DNA from: Schizosaccharomyces osmophilus
Lineage: Eukaryota
Direction: 5' to 3'
DNA: 64,000 nt
NCBI RefSeq assembly: GCF_027921745.1
Contig: NC_079240.1
Span: 1,736,001-1,800,000, forward strand
Positions 24,440 through 35,033 of this stretch are shown here, piece by piece; the stretch's first letter is position 1; every line of letters begins with the position of its first letter. The translations under genes were made by a program, and so were the position numbers. The notes under the pieces were generated by a model. The model was given only the letters and a program-made list of their open reading frames with translations, made no database searches and was not told where the DNA came from.

Positions 24440-26210
24440 ATGGGAATTCCCGGGTTATGGGACGAATTTCGAGATTGCTTTCGTGAATCAAGTATGTCAA
24501 GTTCACCTGAGAAGAATAGGAAGTTAATTTTTTTAAGATCTTATAGAAGTCTCCACGAGTTGCTGGAATGCAGAAAAACGCTGTTTGAGAATTGCTGTTG
24601 ATGCAGCAATATGGTCGGTACAGATTCAAGCTAGTCAAGGTGGTACCAATCCGGCATTAAGGACGCTATTTTATCGACTTTGTCATTTACTCGAATGGGG
24701 TATTCACGCTATCTTCGTCTTCGATGGTCCAAACAAACCTCCTTGGAAACGAAATCGCCATGTTCGACCGAAAGTCTCAGGAAACTATGAATCGATGAAG
24801 CATCTCATCCAGCTTTTTGGAATGCAAGTATGGGAAGCTCCAGGAGAAGCTGAAGCTGAGTGCGCGAAGCTTCAAAGGTTGCAACTGGTCGATTACGTCT
24901 TGACGGAAGATGTTGATGCTTTCGCTTTCGGAGCTACTAAAGTTATACGATGTAGTCCTGCGGAAAGGAAATCGTTGTTGAATGTCAGAATCTATGAAAT
25001 GGAAAAAATTTCCCAAAAACTCGACATCAATCAGCCTGGTGTTATATTGATTGGCTTGATGAGAGGAGGTGATTACCATTCAAAAGGTATAGAGCATTGT
25101 GGCCTTCAAACAGCGATCGGTGCTGCAAAACTAGGATTCGGTGATCGTTTAATTTCTTCTGATCATCTAGATACCTGGAGGTCTCAATTACAACACTGCA
25201 TTCAAGTAAATAAGTACAACACTTTTGGCTTCAAACGCCCAAATTTCATCATCGACCAGGATTTTCCTGACCCTTTAGTAAAACATTATTATACACATCC
25301 AGAAGTTTCTTCCAAAGAAACGTTGAAATTACACTTTTCGCAGTTTGATTGGTCTCAAAAACCTGATGTTAAAGCTTTGTATACTTATGCTCAAAAACGA
25401 TTTCAATGGGTGAGCCTACAAGGAAGTATCAAGTTTATAAATAACATAGCTTATCCTTTACTTGTCTTTGAACTTCTTCATTCTACTGTTATAGACTCAA
25501 ATATATACACAGCCTCTCATAAGACACGAAGAAACAAATCCACAGGCATGATATTAGAAAAACAAATTACTTTCTATCCAAACAAAATCCTGGATTGCGA
25601 ATGGCATATTAAAACGAACGTACATGATAATGAAGCAAATGCACCGTTAAAGAATCAATGGAAATCACTATTAGAAGAGAACACATCATGGATCCCTGCC
25701 TGCTTTATAAAAACTGCTAAATATGCAAGAATTTCTCAGTTTTTTGGAAGAACAAATTCTGACTTGGGACGTTTAGTCCAAAAAACCAAGAGACTATCTT
25801 TGGACCCAGAAGAAAGTCGTAATTCCATCCATGCCGAGAGGGAAAAAACAACAGTTACTAAAAAGCCAGCAGGTCTTCTTCCAACAAACTTGTTTTCGAA
25901 ACCACGCACACAATTTTCTCAAATAATACCGCAAACTACCGATGATTCTTTTACGGATGATGATCTACCAAAAATTCAGGAGATTCTTCCTAGAAGCTCT
26001 ATAAAAACAGGAAATAGAGAAGATCAAAGCCAACCCGATAGTCGTTTTAACAAAGATCTGACAGTTAAATCCAAAGGGCATCTTTCGAAAGATCAATTCA
26101 TAAAAAAAATATACATTAGAGAAAGCCTTAATGGAAGCTGGAAAGAAGATATAGGAGCAAGCGGGAGGAGGAAAATGTATGAAAATATCCCCATTATTGA
26201 CTTATCCTGA
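24440..26210 (+). CDS. XPG/Rad2-family nuclease of the GEN1/Yen1 (Holliday junction resolvase) type, about 571 aa; exons 24440-24491 and 24547-26210 (alternative in-phase acceptor at 24537)
   Basis: Exon 1 MGIPGLW is the canonical XPG-N start; GTATGT donor at 24492, TAG acceptor at 24546, in phase. Motifs LRIAVDAAIW, GGTNPALRTLFYRL, FVFDGPNKPPWKR, APGEAEAECA, EDVD, H2TH LMRGGDY..GI..CG..A..AAKLGFG and FPD....YYTHPEVS. These match fungal GEN1-type proteins as I recall them. Confidence 0.88.
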
Positions 26211-26258
26211 GATAAATATTTTATGTGAAACGACGTACGATTTATAATGGTTGAGTTC

Positions 26259-27569
26259 TTAAGACTTCAGAAAAAACTGTAACTGATGCAACAACTTCAT
26301 CCATTTAACGCGTATCCGATTCTGACTTGAAGGATTACCTTCTTTTTTGCTATTTATTATGAAAGAAATCTCTTGAATTAGCATCTCCTTCTGTCTCTCA
26401 TTTTCTTTTGCCGACAATAATTTTTGAGAATGCAGCAAATGCTTCATCCATCTCTGACAAACTCTTTCTACTAAACCCGTCTTTTTTTTCTTTTTATAAA
26501 ATGCAATAACCTTTTGGTATATCTTCTGATAAGGAACTCGATCTCTGTTTAATAGATAATACATTCGAGAATATATATCTGGATAGCTATTGTTGGTAAT
26601 ACCGGCTGCAGATTTAAATTGGGGAGCAGCCGTCGACCAATAAATTATGTAGCACCATGCTAATTCAGAAAAACGGATCTTGTAAGTTTCTGATAGTTCC
26701 TTGCATAAATCAACGGCAGCTGGTATATCACCAAGGAATCCAAAAGCACTGGCGACCGAAAGGACAGTATGCGAAGTAGGGTATGAGGAATGATTTCTAT
26801 CAATCAAACACTCTCCTGATTTCCCTTGACCTATACCCCAAACCCTTTTGAGTAGATCGCGGATTTCCTCAATTTTTCCATCTCTTGCTAGTCCGACAAT
26901 AAGATAGTCATAAGTTGTGGAATTCGGAGCGAACCCGTTTCTTGGAAAATCGACATCTACTGCTTCTAGCATTGCAGTCGATACTGGCTCTTGGGTAGGG
27001 CTTCCCTTCCAGGCGGGACTACTAAATTTATTCAATGACCATCTGGACCCTCCATAATTTCCCAAGACACAATTCAAATAATTCAAAGTTGGGTGTATTT
27101 CGTTCTTTTTCACGGTTGTGATCACTTTATCAGCGATGGGCTCGTGTCCAATATACATAGCAATTCGTAGAATATGGGTAAAATCTCCAATGTTAAGTTG
27201 TATTCCCAGTTCATTAGCATCGTGAAGAAGTAAGTCTAGTATCTTTACAGTGGTTTTTTTTTCTCTTTCAGTCAATCTATTCCCACTGTCGAATAGCTTA
27301 AACGAACGAAGAATCAGCTGAAACTCGACAGGCTTCAACTCATTAAGACTATTGTTATTACGAAGTTTTAGGTAATTCAAAAGATATAATGAAGGAGTCA
27401 ATGGCCGAAGAAAGGTTTGTATAGGACCTGTAACAGCAGACTTGAACTTTTGGTCATCTGCATTATGCAACAGTTCCTCAAAAGAACGGACATGTAAACG
27501 TCGGACCAAAGTTAAAGGGGATAATGCTTCAAATTTTAAATTTGTATAAAGAAATCTTAACATTCGCAT
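26259..27569 (-). CDS. ppr6: Mitochondrial PPR-repeat protein (Ppr6-like); probable start ATG 27569
   Basis: Basic N-terminal presequence-like MRMLRFLY...VRRLH and PPR-like repeats (PNSTTYDYLIVGLARDGKIEEIRDLLKRVWG; PTSHTVLSVASAFG). Position next to mug1 agrees with S. pombe synteny (recall). Confidence 0.7.
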   Translation of the reverse strand: MRMLRFLYTNLKFEALSPLTLVRRLHVRSFEELLHNADDQKFKSAVTGPIQTFLRPLTPSLYLLNYLKLRNNNSLNELKPVEFQLILRSFKLFDSGNRLTEREKKTTVKILDLLLHDANELGIQLNIGDFTHILRIAMYIGHEPIADKVITTVKKNEIHPTLNYLNCVLGNYGGSRWSLNKFSSPAWKGSPTQEPVSTAMLEAVDVDFPRNGFAPNSTTYDYLIVGLARDGKIEEIRDLLKRVWGIGQGKSGECLIDRNHSSYPTSHTVLSVASAFGFLGDIPAAVDLCKELSETYKIRFSELAWCYIIYWSTAAPQFKSAAGITNNSYPDIYSRMYYLLNRDRVPYQKIYQKVIAFYKKKKKTGLVERVCQRWMKHLLHSQKLLSAKENERQKEMLIQEISFIINSKKEGNPSSQNRIRVKWMKLLHQLQFFLKS

Positions 27570-27951
27570 TGTTTCCCCATAACCCAACTTCAAAATGGAC
27601 AATAATGTTGTAGTAGGTAGAAGGAAGTAAGCAACCTGTACATGATAAAGTAAGCCAGAAAGCAAGAGAATATATCTGGTTTTCCAGTACGTGATATGTG
27701 AAGAGTTTTGATTTTTTAATTAATGCTTTTACTTTTAAAAAAGAAATTCCGAACGATTGAATCGAGTAATTTATTTAGAGTCAATAGTCAAATTTAAAAA
27801 ACAAAAACGAAAGGAGAATCAAGTGAAGTTTGTCAAATTTATACTAAATAATTCTATGTTTATGTCAAATTTCGACTTCAATAGTTCTCATTTTACGGTG
27901 AATAATTATAGACCTGCAATTAATAATCCTCAATTAAACAGCCTTATTCAC

Positions 27952-29090
27952 TTATTTGCAAAATTCTTCAAGGTCAGATATGCGTTTAGAAATTGTTTGA
28001 ATTTCGTTCATGCTCTGTTCAGGAAACGAAGACGTTTCGAGATGTTTTAATAGTTGAGTCCATTGATTCAACGAATGGGTTGTGGATCCTAGTAAGCTTT
28101 CAAGGTTTTTCCAGCGGTTCATTGTTTCAGCTGTCTCCAAATGTAAGCAATGCAAAGACTTCAATCGTTTTAATAGAGCAGGTACTAGAGTTTGATATTT
28201 TTCAGCATCTTGTAGATGAACGAAAAGGAGCTCTGAAACTAAATTGTACTCTTTCTCATCTAGTAATCCAGTGGGAGCAAGGTTTGATAGCGATGAAGGA
28301 TTGCCTTCATCGCCATCATGCTTATGATCATTATTACCGGCCTTTGGCAAACGCTTCTGTATCTTATCCCAAGTTGATATTTTGTTTTCATACAACAAAG
28401 GATCCTTCTCAAACGCTTGTAGTTTCTGCAAGCAGCTTTCAATTGTCATACTCAAGGGTTCTTCTGCATCACCTACAAATCCTTCCAGCGTTGAAATTCG
28501 AGACTCCAAGTCTCCCATTTTTAATGGAATAGCAGCTTCAACACTTTGACTGCGTTCCTTTTTTGGTAGAAAATCTACAAGAGGCTGCCTACATAGTTCG
28601 CAGGTTCCTAAACTAGAATTTGGGTCAGTATTAGACGCTGGGTCTGCAGAATAGGACTTTTGAACGCTAGACATTCTTTTCATCCACAGTTTATCTAGAA
28701 AGTTTGATAAAGAATCTACTTCTTGCTTTTCTCGAGTAGATCCTGCTTCATCCCATAAATCCTGCAATTCGCGTCGAATCCGAGTCAGGCGAATGTAATA
28801 AGATTCATCAGGAACATGAAAAGCTTCATATGTAGAAGAGGATCGATCGTCATTCTTGTGGACTGTCATAGGTTTTGGTTTCCTTGCATTTTGGATAGCT
28901 TGCATGCATTCTTCGACGGAGTATTCCGTTTGAATAATTCCTTTTAGTTCACTGGATTGATAATCATCACAAACATTCTAGATCACAAGTTAAAATCTCT
29001 ATTTCTCTTTGCCTACAAGGGATTTGGTGTGCTTACTCGATTAGTTTCCGACGCGTCAGAGGGCTCAGTGAATTCAGAAGTATGATGCAT
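27952..29090 (-). CDS. mug1: Dynactin p50/dynamitin-like coiled-coil protein (Mug1/Jnm1); exons 29090-29037, 28977-27952
   Basis: 'ESYYIRLTRIRRELQDL', 'LESRISTLEGFVG', 'VPALLKRLKSLHCLHLETAE' resemble dynamitin. An upstream exon MHHTSEFTEPSDASETNR is joined by a GTAAGC..TAG intron in frame. Confidence 0.7.
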
Positions 29091-29440
29091 ATTAACTATG
29101 CGAAATAAATTTTAATGATTATGAATAAACAGAAATTTTCCAAGGGATAGCTGAAAGTGGTTTTGATGGCAATGTCCAAGTCTGTAATGAACGCACAACA
29201 CCTACTCGGCAAAAATCTATGGGTAGGTTAAATCTCTTTTATTGTTGACATAACGTCTTGGTACATTTCATCTTCCTTTCGCTTTAGCTTTACCAAGGGA
29301 AGTTTGTTTTGATCGACTTGCATTGTTATTGTTTGCATAGTAAGTCAACAGGGCTTTCTATAGCAGAAGTATCCATACTCGTGTGTAAACGAAGTTAAAC
29401 CTGGCTTACACTTTTTCTTTTGCTTATAAATTTTCTTTCC

Positions 29441-30571
29441 ATGCATCGTTTACTCTTTCTTCTTTTCTTATGTCTCTTGATTCTTGCAACAGGAGCCGAA
29501 AGCTCTCACACGAATAACTGGGCAGTTTTAATATCTACATCTCGTTTTTGGTTTAATTATAGGCACGCTGCTAATGTTTTGGGGATCTACCGTTCAGTGA
29601 AACGGCTGGGAATTCCAGACAGTCAAATTATTCTCATGATTGCAGATGATTATGCCTGCAATTCTCGAAATCTTTTTCCGGGAACCGTTTTCGATAACGC
29701 TGATCGTGATATGGACCTATATGGAGAAGATATAGAAATTGATTACAAGGGTTATGAGGTGACTGTGGAGGCATTTGTTCGTTTATTAACTGAACGTGTA
29801 TCTGAAAATACACCAGCTAGCAAGCGACTCCTGACCAATGAGCATTCCAATATATTAATTTATATGACAGGACATGGTGGTGATGGATTTATAAAGTTTC
29901 AAGATGCTGATGAGCTCAGTTCTGAAGATTTTGCTGATGCCTTGGAGCAAATGCACCAACACAAGCGATATAATGAAATTCTATTTATGGTTGATACTTG
30001 TCAGGCAAACTCTCTGTATAAGAAGATTTACTCACCAAACATTGTTTCCATTGGTAGCAGTGAAATTGGTACTTCGTCTTACTCCCATCACGCAGACCCA
30101 GACATTGGTGTAGCAGTGATTGACCGTTTTACATTTTCAACTTTGGAGTTTTTGGAGAATCGTGTGGATATCAAAAGTAAATTGACCATTCAAGAATTAG
30201 TTGACTCTTACGATCCCGGAGCGATTCGATCTACTCCTGGGGTCGAGTCCACGTATTCGCAAAAAGGCTTGGACGAAGTTTTGATTACGGACTTCTTTGG
30301 GAATGTCCGTGATATAGAACTTCACCAGGGACCTACGAAATGGATTTTACCTGATGAACAAAATGACACTTTGTCTAGCTACACAGATTCATCCTTAGTT
30401 ACACAGTCCCCTCCTAATCTGACAAAACCGGTCAATGGAAAAAACAGAGGGAAGAGTGTTCCTTTACGTTTACATAATTACTCATTTTCAGATATCTGTT
30501 CAACAAGTCTCTTTTTGTTTATTTTGATACTCCCCTTTTGCTTGCAAATTGTTTCTAAAAAGAGACGGTGA
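29441..30571 (+). CDS. gpi8: GPI-anchor transamidase catalytic subunit (peptidase C13)
   Basis: Signal peptide, HTNNWAVLISTSRFWFNYRH, catalytic GHGG and DTCQA, C-terminal transmembrane helix. Confidence 0.96.
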   Translation: MHRLLFLLFLCLLILATGAESSHTNNWAVLISTSRFWFNYRHAANVLGIYRSVKRLGIPDSQIILMIADDYACNSRNLFPGTVFDNADRDMDLYGEDIEIDYKGYEVTVEAFVRLLTERVSENTPASKRLLTNEHSNILIYMTGHGGDGFIKFQDADELSSEDFADALEQMHQHKRYNEILFMVDTCQANSLYKKIYSPNIVSIGSSEIGTSSYSHHADPDIGVAVIDRFTFSTLEFLENRVDIKSKLTIQELVDSYDPGAIRSTPGVESTYSQKGLDEVLITDFFGNVRDIELHQGPTKWILPDEQNDTLSSYTDSSLVTQSPPNLTKPVNGKNRGKSVPLRLHNYSFSDICSTSLFLFILILPFCLQIVSKKRR

Positions 30572-30839
30572 ATCAGGCATTCTTGGAAGCAACAAAGGTA
30601 TAATAATTTTCATGGATGTTTGACGCAACATGATTTAAAAGTTGAAAACTGATGAATTTTTAGAGCAATGACTTAATAAATTTAAAGCGCAAAAGGAATA
30701 ATGGTATGAGTCAATAGTAGAACGTATACACAGTAATATTAACGTATTGTGTTCTAAAGTAATTAAATTAAAGGTAAAAAGTATAGACAAACAAGGCGAG
30801 AGACTTGTTAACAACAAATATAATCAAGAAGTAGTACAT

Positions 30840-32024
30840 TTAGAGTTTCTGGAGTTTGGCTATGTTGATAGCATTTTCTAGATCGGCTTTCAAATCCTCA
30901 ACATTTTCGATACCGACGCTGATACGGATCAAATCTTCAGGTAAACCGCGTTGATCACGCACCTCCTTTTTAATGGAAGCGTGACTCATGTAAGCAGGCA
31001 TACTAATTAAAGACTCAACGGAACCGAATGATACGGAGATTTCAAAAAGCTGAGTACTCTCAACAATAGTTTTCGAAAAGTCAACGCTGCCAGTATGGAC
31101 AGACATAACGGCTCCTGGTCCACGGGCAAAAGAATTAAAGATAGCAGTAGACTTACAGTTAGGGTCCAAACCAGGGAAGTTGACAGATAGACCCTTTGAT
31201 TTCAAAAATTTGGCAAGTTCGATGGCGTTTTGCTGAGCGCGTTCGACTCTAATACCCATGGTTTTGATACCACGGAGTAGAAGGAAACTTTCAAATGGAG
31301 CCAAACCAGCACCACAAGCATTGATGTTGAAGAAAACAGATTTAGCCAATTCATCACTTCTAGTTGCAATAGCGCCTCCCATTATATCGTGATGCCCGGA
31401 AAGAAACTTTGTAGCAGACTCATAAACAATATCATAACCAAAATCTAAGGGATTGCAAAGGATGGGAGAAAGCATAGTATTATCCATTACCAACACGGCA
31501 TTTTTTGCCTTTTCACGGACGATTCTGACGATGGCACGAGCATCGCAAACTTTGATGAGAGGATTTGTTGGACTTTCAACTAAAACGAGAGCAGTGTCGG
31601 GTCTCAAAGCAGCCTCAAAAGCAGCGAGATCCCTAGTATCCACATTGGAAACATGAAATCCATAATTAGCAATGTTGAGGTTGAGCAAACGATCAGAGCC
31701 ACCGTAAAGGTCATCACCAGCGACGATGTGAGATCCGGTCTTGCAGGTTTTAAGAATCATGTCCAAGGCAGACATGCCATTGCTAGTGACAAAGCAGTGC
31801 TTAGCCTTCATAAGCTTAGCCAAGTGAACTTGGAGGGCTGTACGGGTGGGATTACCAGAACGAGTATAATCAAACTTTCCCATTTCGTCTAACCTATGCT
31901 GCCTAAAAGTAGCAGATTGGTAAATAGGGACCGAAGAAGCATTGAATTGATCTTGGTTGCCTTCAACGCGAAGCAACTCGGTCTCGAGGGAGTATTTAGA
32001 ATTGAAATCCATAGTGATTGTCAT
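30840..32024 (-). CDS. cbl1: Cystathionine beta-lyase (Cys/Met metabolism PLP enzyme)
   Basis: PIYQSATF, YTRSGNPTR, ESPTNP, PLP-lysine motif SATKFLSGHHD, ISVSFG, MSHASI. Confidence 0.88.
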   Translation of the reverse strand: MTITMDFNSKYSLETELLRVEGNQDQFNASSVPIYQSATFRQHRLDEMGKFDYTRSGNPTRTALQVHLAKLMKAKHCFVTSNGMSALDMILKTCKTGSHIVAGDDLYGGSDRLLNLNIANYGFHVSNVDTRDLAAFEAALRPDTALVLVESPTNPLIKVCDARAIVRIVREKAKNAVLVMDNTMLSPILCNPLDFGYDIVYESATKFLSGHHDIMGGAIATRSDELAKSVFFNINACGAGLAPFESFLLLRGIKTMGIRVERAQQNAIELAKFLKSKGLSVNFPGLDPNCKSTAIFNSFARGPGAVMSVHTGSVDFSKTIVESTQLFEISVSFGSVESLISMPAYMSHASIKKEVRDQRGLPEDLIRISVGIENVEDLKADLENAINIAKLQKL

Positions 32025-33860
32025 TTATTCAAATCTTCAAGTATGGGACCGATGGAATTGAAAGCAGTAGCAAGAAAAGATGGTCAACGAGTTAAAAACC
32101 TTACCGAAGAGCTTAGCGAAAAATACAAATAATTTTTCTGCAAAAGGGGAGACTGACTATGAGAAATTAATAAACTCAATGGATTGTTAAAAAAGGTAGA
32201 CAAATGAGAGGCCTTAAATGTCTTTCGAATCTGTGAGTGGCTGTTACTTCGGAAAATGGCCTGTAAGATAAAAAAACTAGGCAAAAGCAGCACGCAAAAA
32301 ATGAAGATTGCGAATTTCTCTATTTTCGTAGTGGCAAAGGAACCGATGGATGTCTTTTTTTGAAATTTCTTCTACAACGAAGTGAAGTGGAAGAAAATGA
32401 AGATAAAGATGCTGAATGGAAGGAATTCCACCTACAATATATAGGCAAAAAAGTATACACTCAGTACTTTGGGAAAAAAATCCGTCAAGAAATCGAAGCA
32501 TAATTCAGGGGACCTCGTTTATCTAAGTCGTACGTAAACAGTCATTTTTTTTGTAGGGCCGCTACCGTGGGTTAAGCAAATTTGATAAACGAGCTCGATA
32601 AGAATATGTCCAGGGTTGTTTTAGCGCACAAACAAACAGGCATAGGTAGATATGTGTAAACAAAGAATAGAATCGGCATTCACATAAATAACATAAATAA
32701 CAAAAATCATAACTGCGTTTTCTGATTCAATTGAAAGAACCATCTTTCGTTCTTGGAGTCTTTCATCACCAAACGCAGTTTCAATGGTTTCAATGTTCCC
32801 ACGTTGTTGTTTCAATACCAAACGGGAGGGAAATTGGCTAACAATACCGTCTTTGTGCATGATTTTTTCTTTGTACCCCTCAAGAAGGAATAACTAAGAA
32901 GACAGAGTTGTTAAAGGGGACAGACAATGCATAACAAAAAGATAATAGAAGAAGAGTAAAAACTTGCGATTTCAATGCAAAAAGGAAGGATAAGATTCCA
33001 TGTTGACTCGGATTCTTATACAAAATCATAAGGGCTGGAACCAAGATCCATTGTGAATGGGAACACAAGGGAGTTTTTATTTAAACGTCTTGTTTTCATC
33101 GTCGTGTTTCAAAGACACCGAACCAATTCAGAGACATTGTTGCGTTGGGTCCGTTTGATTGTTTGTTTCAAATCTCTACATTTTAGCTTTCTCATTCATG
33201 TCGTTTAATGAAAGAAGTTATCATGAAACAGAGGGAATGCATTCTATATCAATTCTTTCTAATAGTGTTCTATTTGGTTTAGGAGACAATGATTCAACGC
33301 GTCGCGCATATGAAAAGATCATGTTTTCTCGACTACCTTTTAATCTGCTATGCTGTATAGTGAGTTCCCCTATGCGTTGCTAAACGAAATCTCGAATTGT
33401 TTACAATATAGGAAAAATAAAAATTAAAAATTAAAAACTAAAAAGTAAAAGTAAAAGTAAAAAGTAAAAAGGTTTGAAAGATCATTGGGACACACTCTCT
33501 TGGATCCTTTTGTCCCACAAATATGTGACGGCACCGGATTGCTTTGGCAGGAACGATGGATGTGCTGCAAGTATAATTAAAGAAAAGTTTATTATGCAAA
33601 CAGCAACTGGACGCTCGTATATATTCTTTCTTCTTTTTTTTTTTTGTTCCAGTAGATGCTGAAAGCAAACGTTCCAAGCTCAAAGTTTCTTCTTTAGTTT
33701 CCTGCATTTACATGAAAAGATTGTTGTTTATTAACGCCGTGGAAGCAAGTTTGCTATTTTGGATTGCAAGCGAGCTCGAAGGAACTCAACGTATTTGACA
33801 TGAAATTGCATTCCTCTTATGAAAGACATTTCCTTGTTTATGTGAGTTCTAGTTTATACC

Positions 33861-34646
33861 ATGCAGAATGAGTTGAATCCTCTTTTACTTTCTCAAAATT
33901 CCATTCGGTTCGCTACCAGAGTTGCTATTTTCTTCATCATTCGTGATGAACTCATGGAAGCAATTACCTGGAAACATCCTGTGAAATCCGTGTGTTTAGG
34001 ACTAACAATTACTCTTCTCTATTTGCATCCTGTCTCATTTAGTGCAATTTTAACATTGATTTTTATTACAATGATGCCCATCAGCCTTACTCATGATGTG
34101 ACAACCAATTTGCGCGATTTGCAAAACTTTATGGCTTCTTATAGTTCCTCTTATGATCAATTGGTGCATTTCCGTCAAAATTATTACCATTATATCTCCC
34201 CATCCGCAATCTCTTCCGTGCTTGTAATTTCTTTAATCATCTTCCCTTTACTTGCCCTTTTGAGGATTTCCATTGACCGTTATCTACCAGTTGGGCTCTG
34301 GATTGTGCTCATCGCCTTGCATCCTCAGTTTCGAAGCTCTTTCTCCCAATGGTATTCCACGAGAAAAGACACACTTTCTTCATTACAGCTCCGAAACGAA
34401 GTCGCTCAAGTTTGGAGACATGTAGTGGAAAAAGAAGGTCAAATCACCACTTTTTATTCCCCTTCTCCGAAAGTAACCGAACCTCCACTTGTCCCTTCCC
34501 TCGAACTCATAGATCCTCCTGTTAATTATAGCTGGGCTCCCGATAGTTCCTGGACATTCCATTCTCCCAACGAATTTCGTCGGTTCGTTTACTGGAATCC
34601 ACAACCTGTCAAGCTCAAACGTACCTCATCTGTACGAACTAGTTAA
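33861..34646 (+). CDS. Pex24/Pex28/29-family integral membrane peroxin-like protein
   Basis: 'LNPLLLSQNSIRF', 'AITWKHP', hydrophobic segments, 'NLRDLQNFM' and a short dysferlin-like tail 'PPVNYSWAPDSSW...RRF'. Confidence 0.7.
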   Translation: MQNELNPLLLSQNSIRFATRVAIFFIIRDELMEAITWKHPVKSVCLGLTITLLYLHPVSFSAILTLIFITMMPISLTHDVTTNLRDLQNFMASYSSSYDQLVHFRQNYYHYISPSAISSVLVISLIIFPLLALLRISIDRYLPVGLWIVLIALHPQFRSSFSQWYSTRKDTLSSLQLRNEVAQVWRHVVEKEGQITTFYSPSPKVTEPPLVPSLELIDPPVNYSWAPDSSWTFHSPNEFRRFVYWNPQPVKLKRTSSVRTS

Positions 34647-35033
34647 CTTGTACATATATCCTGGCGCGTTTTCCTCAAAGAGCTTGTATACTACTCTAAT
34701 ATTTTGTTTAAGCACCCTTAAAAATCCTAATAATACACCAATCTTCTCGAAGCTCCTTTCGGTTCGGTTTTACGCAAATGGTTTTCAGAAAAGATTCATA
34801 GTTTAATGAATTCATGATTATTTCTTATGTCATGGAACACGTGTGCCTAAAGTTGAACTCCGTTTAAAAAGACACTAGAATGAATCGAATACACCACCCA
34901 AGATAAACAAGTCAAAATTAGATATATCAGTACATTAAGGTTTAAATATTAACTACATTGTAGCAATAAAACCATAAAAGATCCATGTCAGCAAATAAAG
35001 CTATCATGCGCATCCACGAAAGTTTGAGTTTCC

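Noticed and set aside
27993..28532. 179-aa + strand ORF antisense to mug1
   Set aside because: Fully inside the opposite-strand coding region, non-ATG start, no recognisable domain.
32621..32860. 79-aa - strand ORF (MHKDGIVSQF...) upstream of cbl1
   Set aside because: No recognisable family or composition signal; treated as a chance ORF unless conservation shows otherwise.
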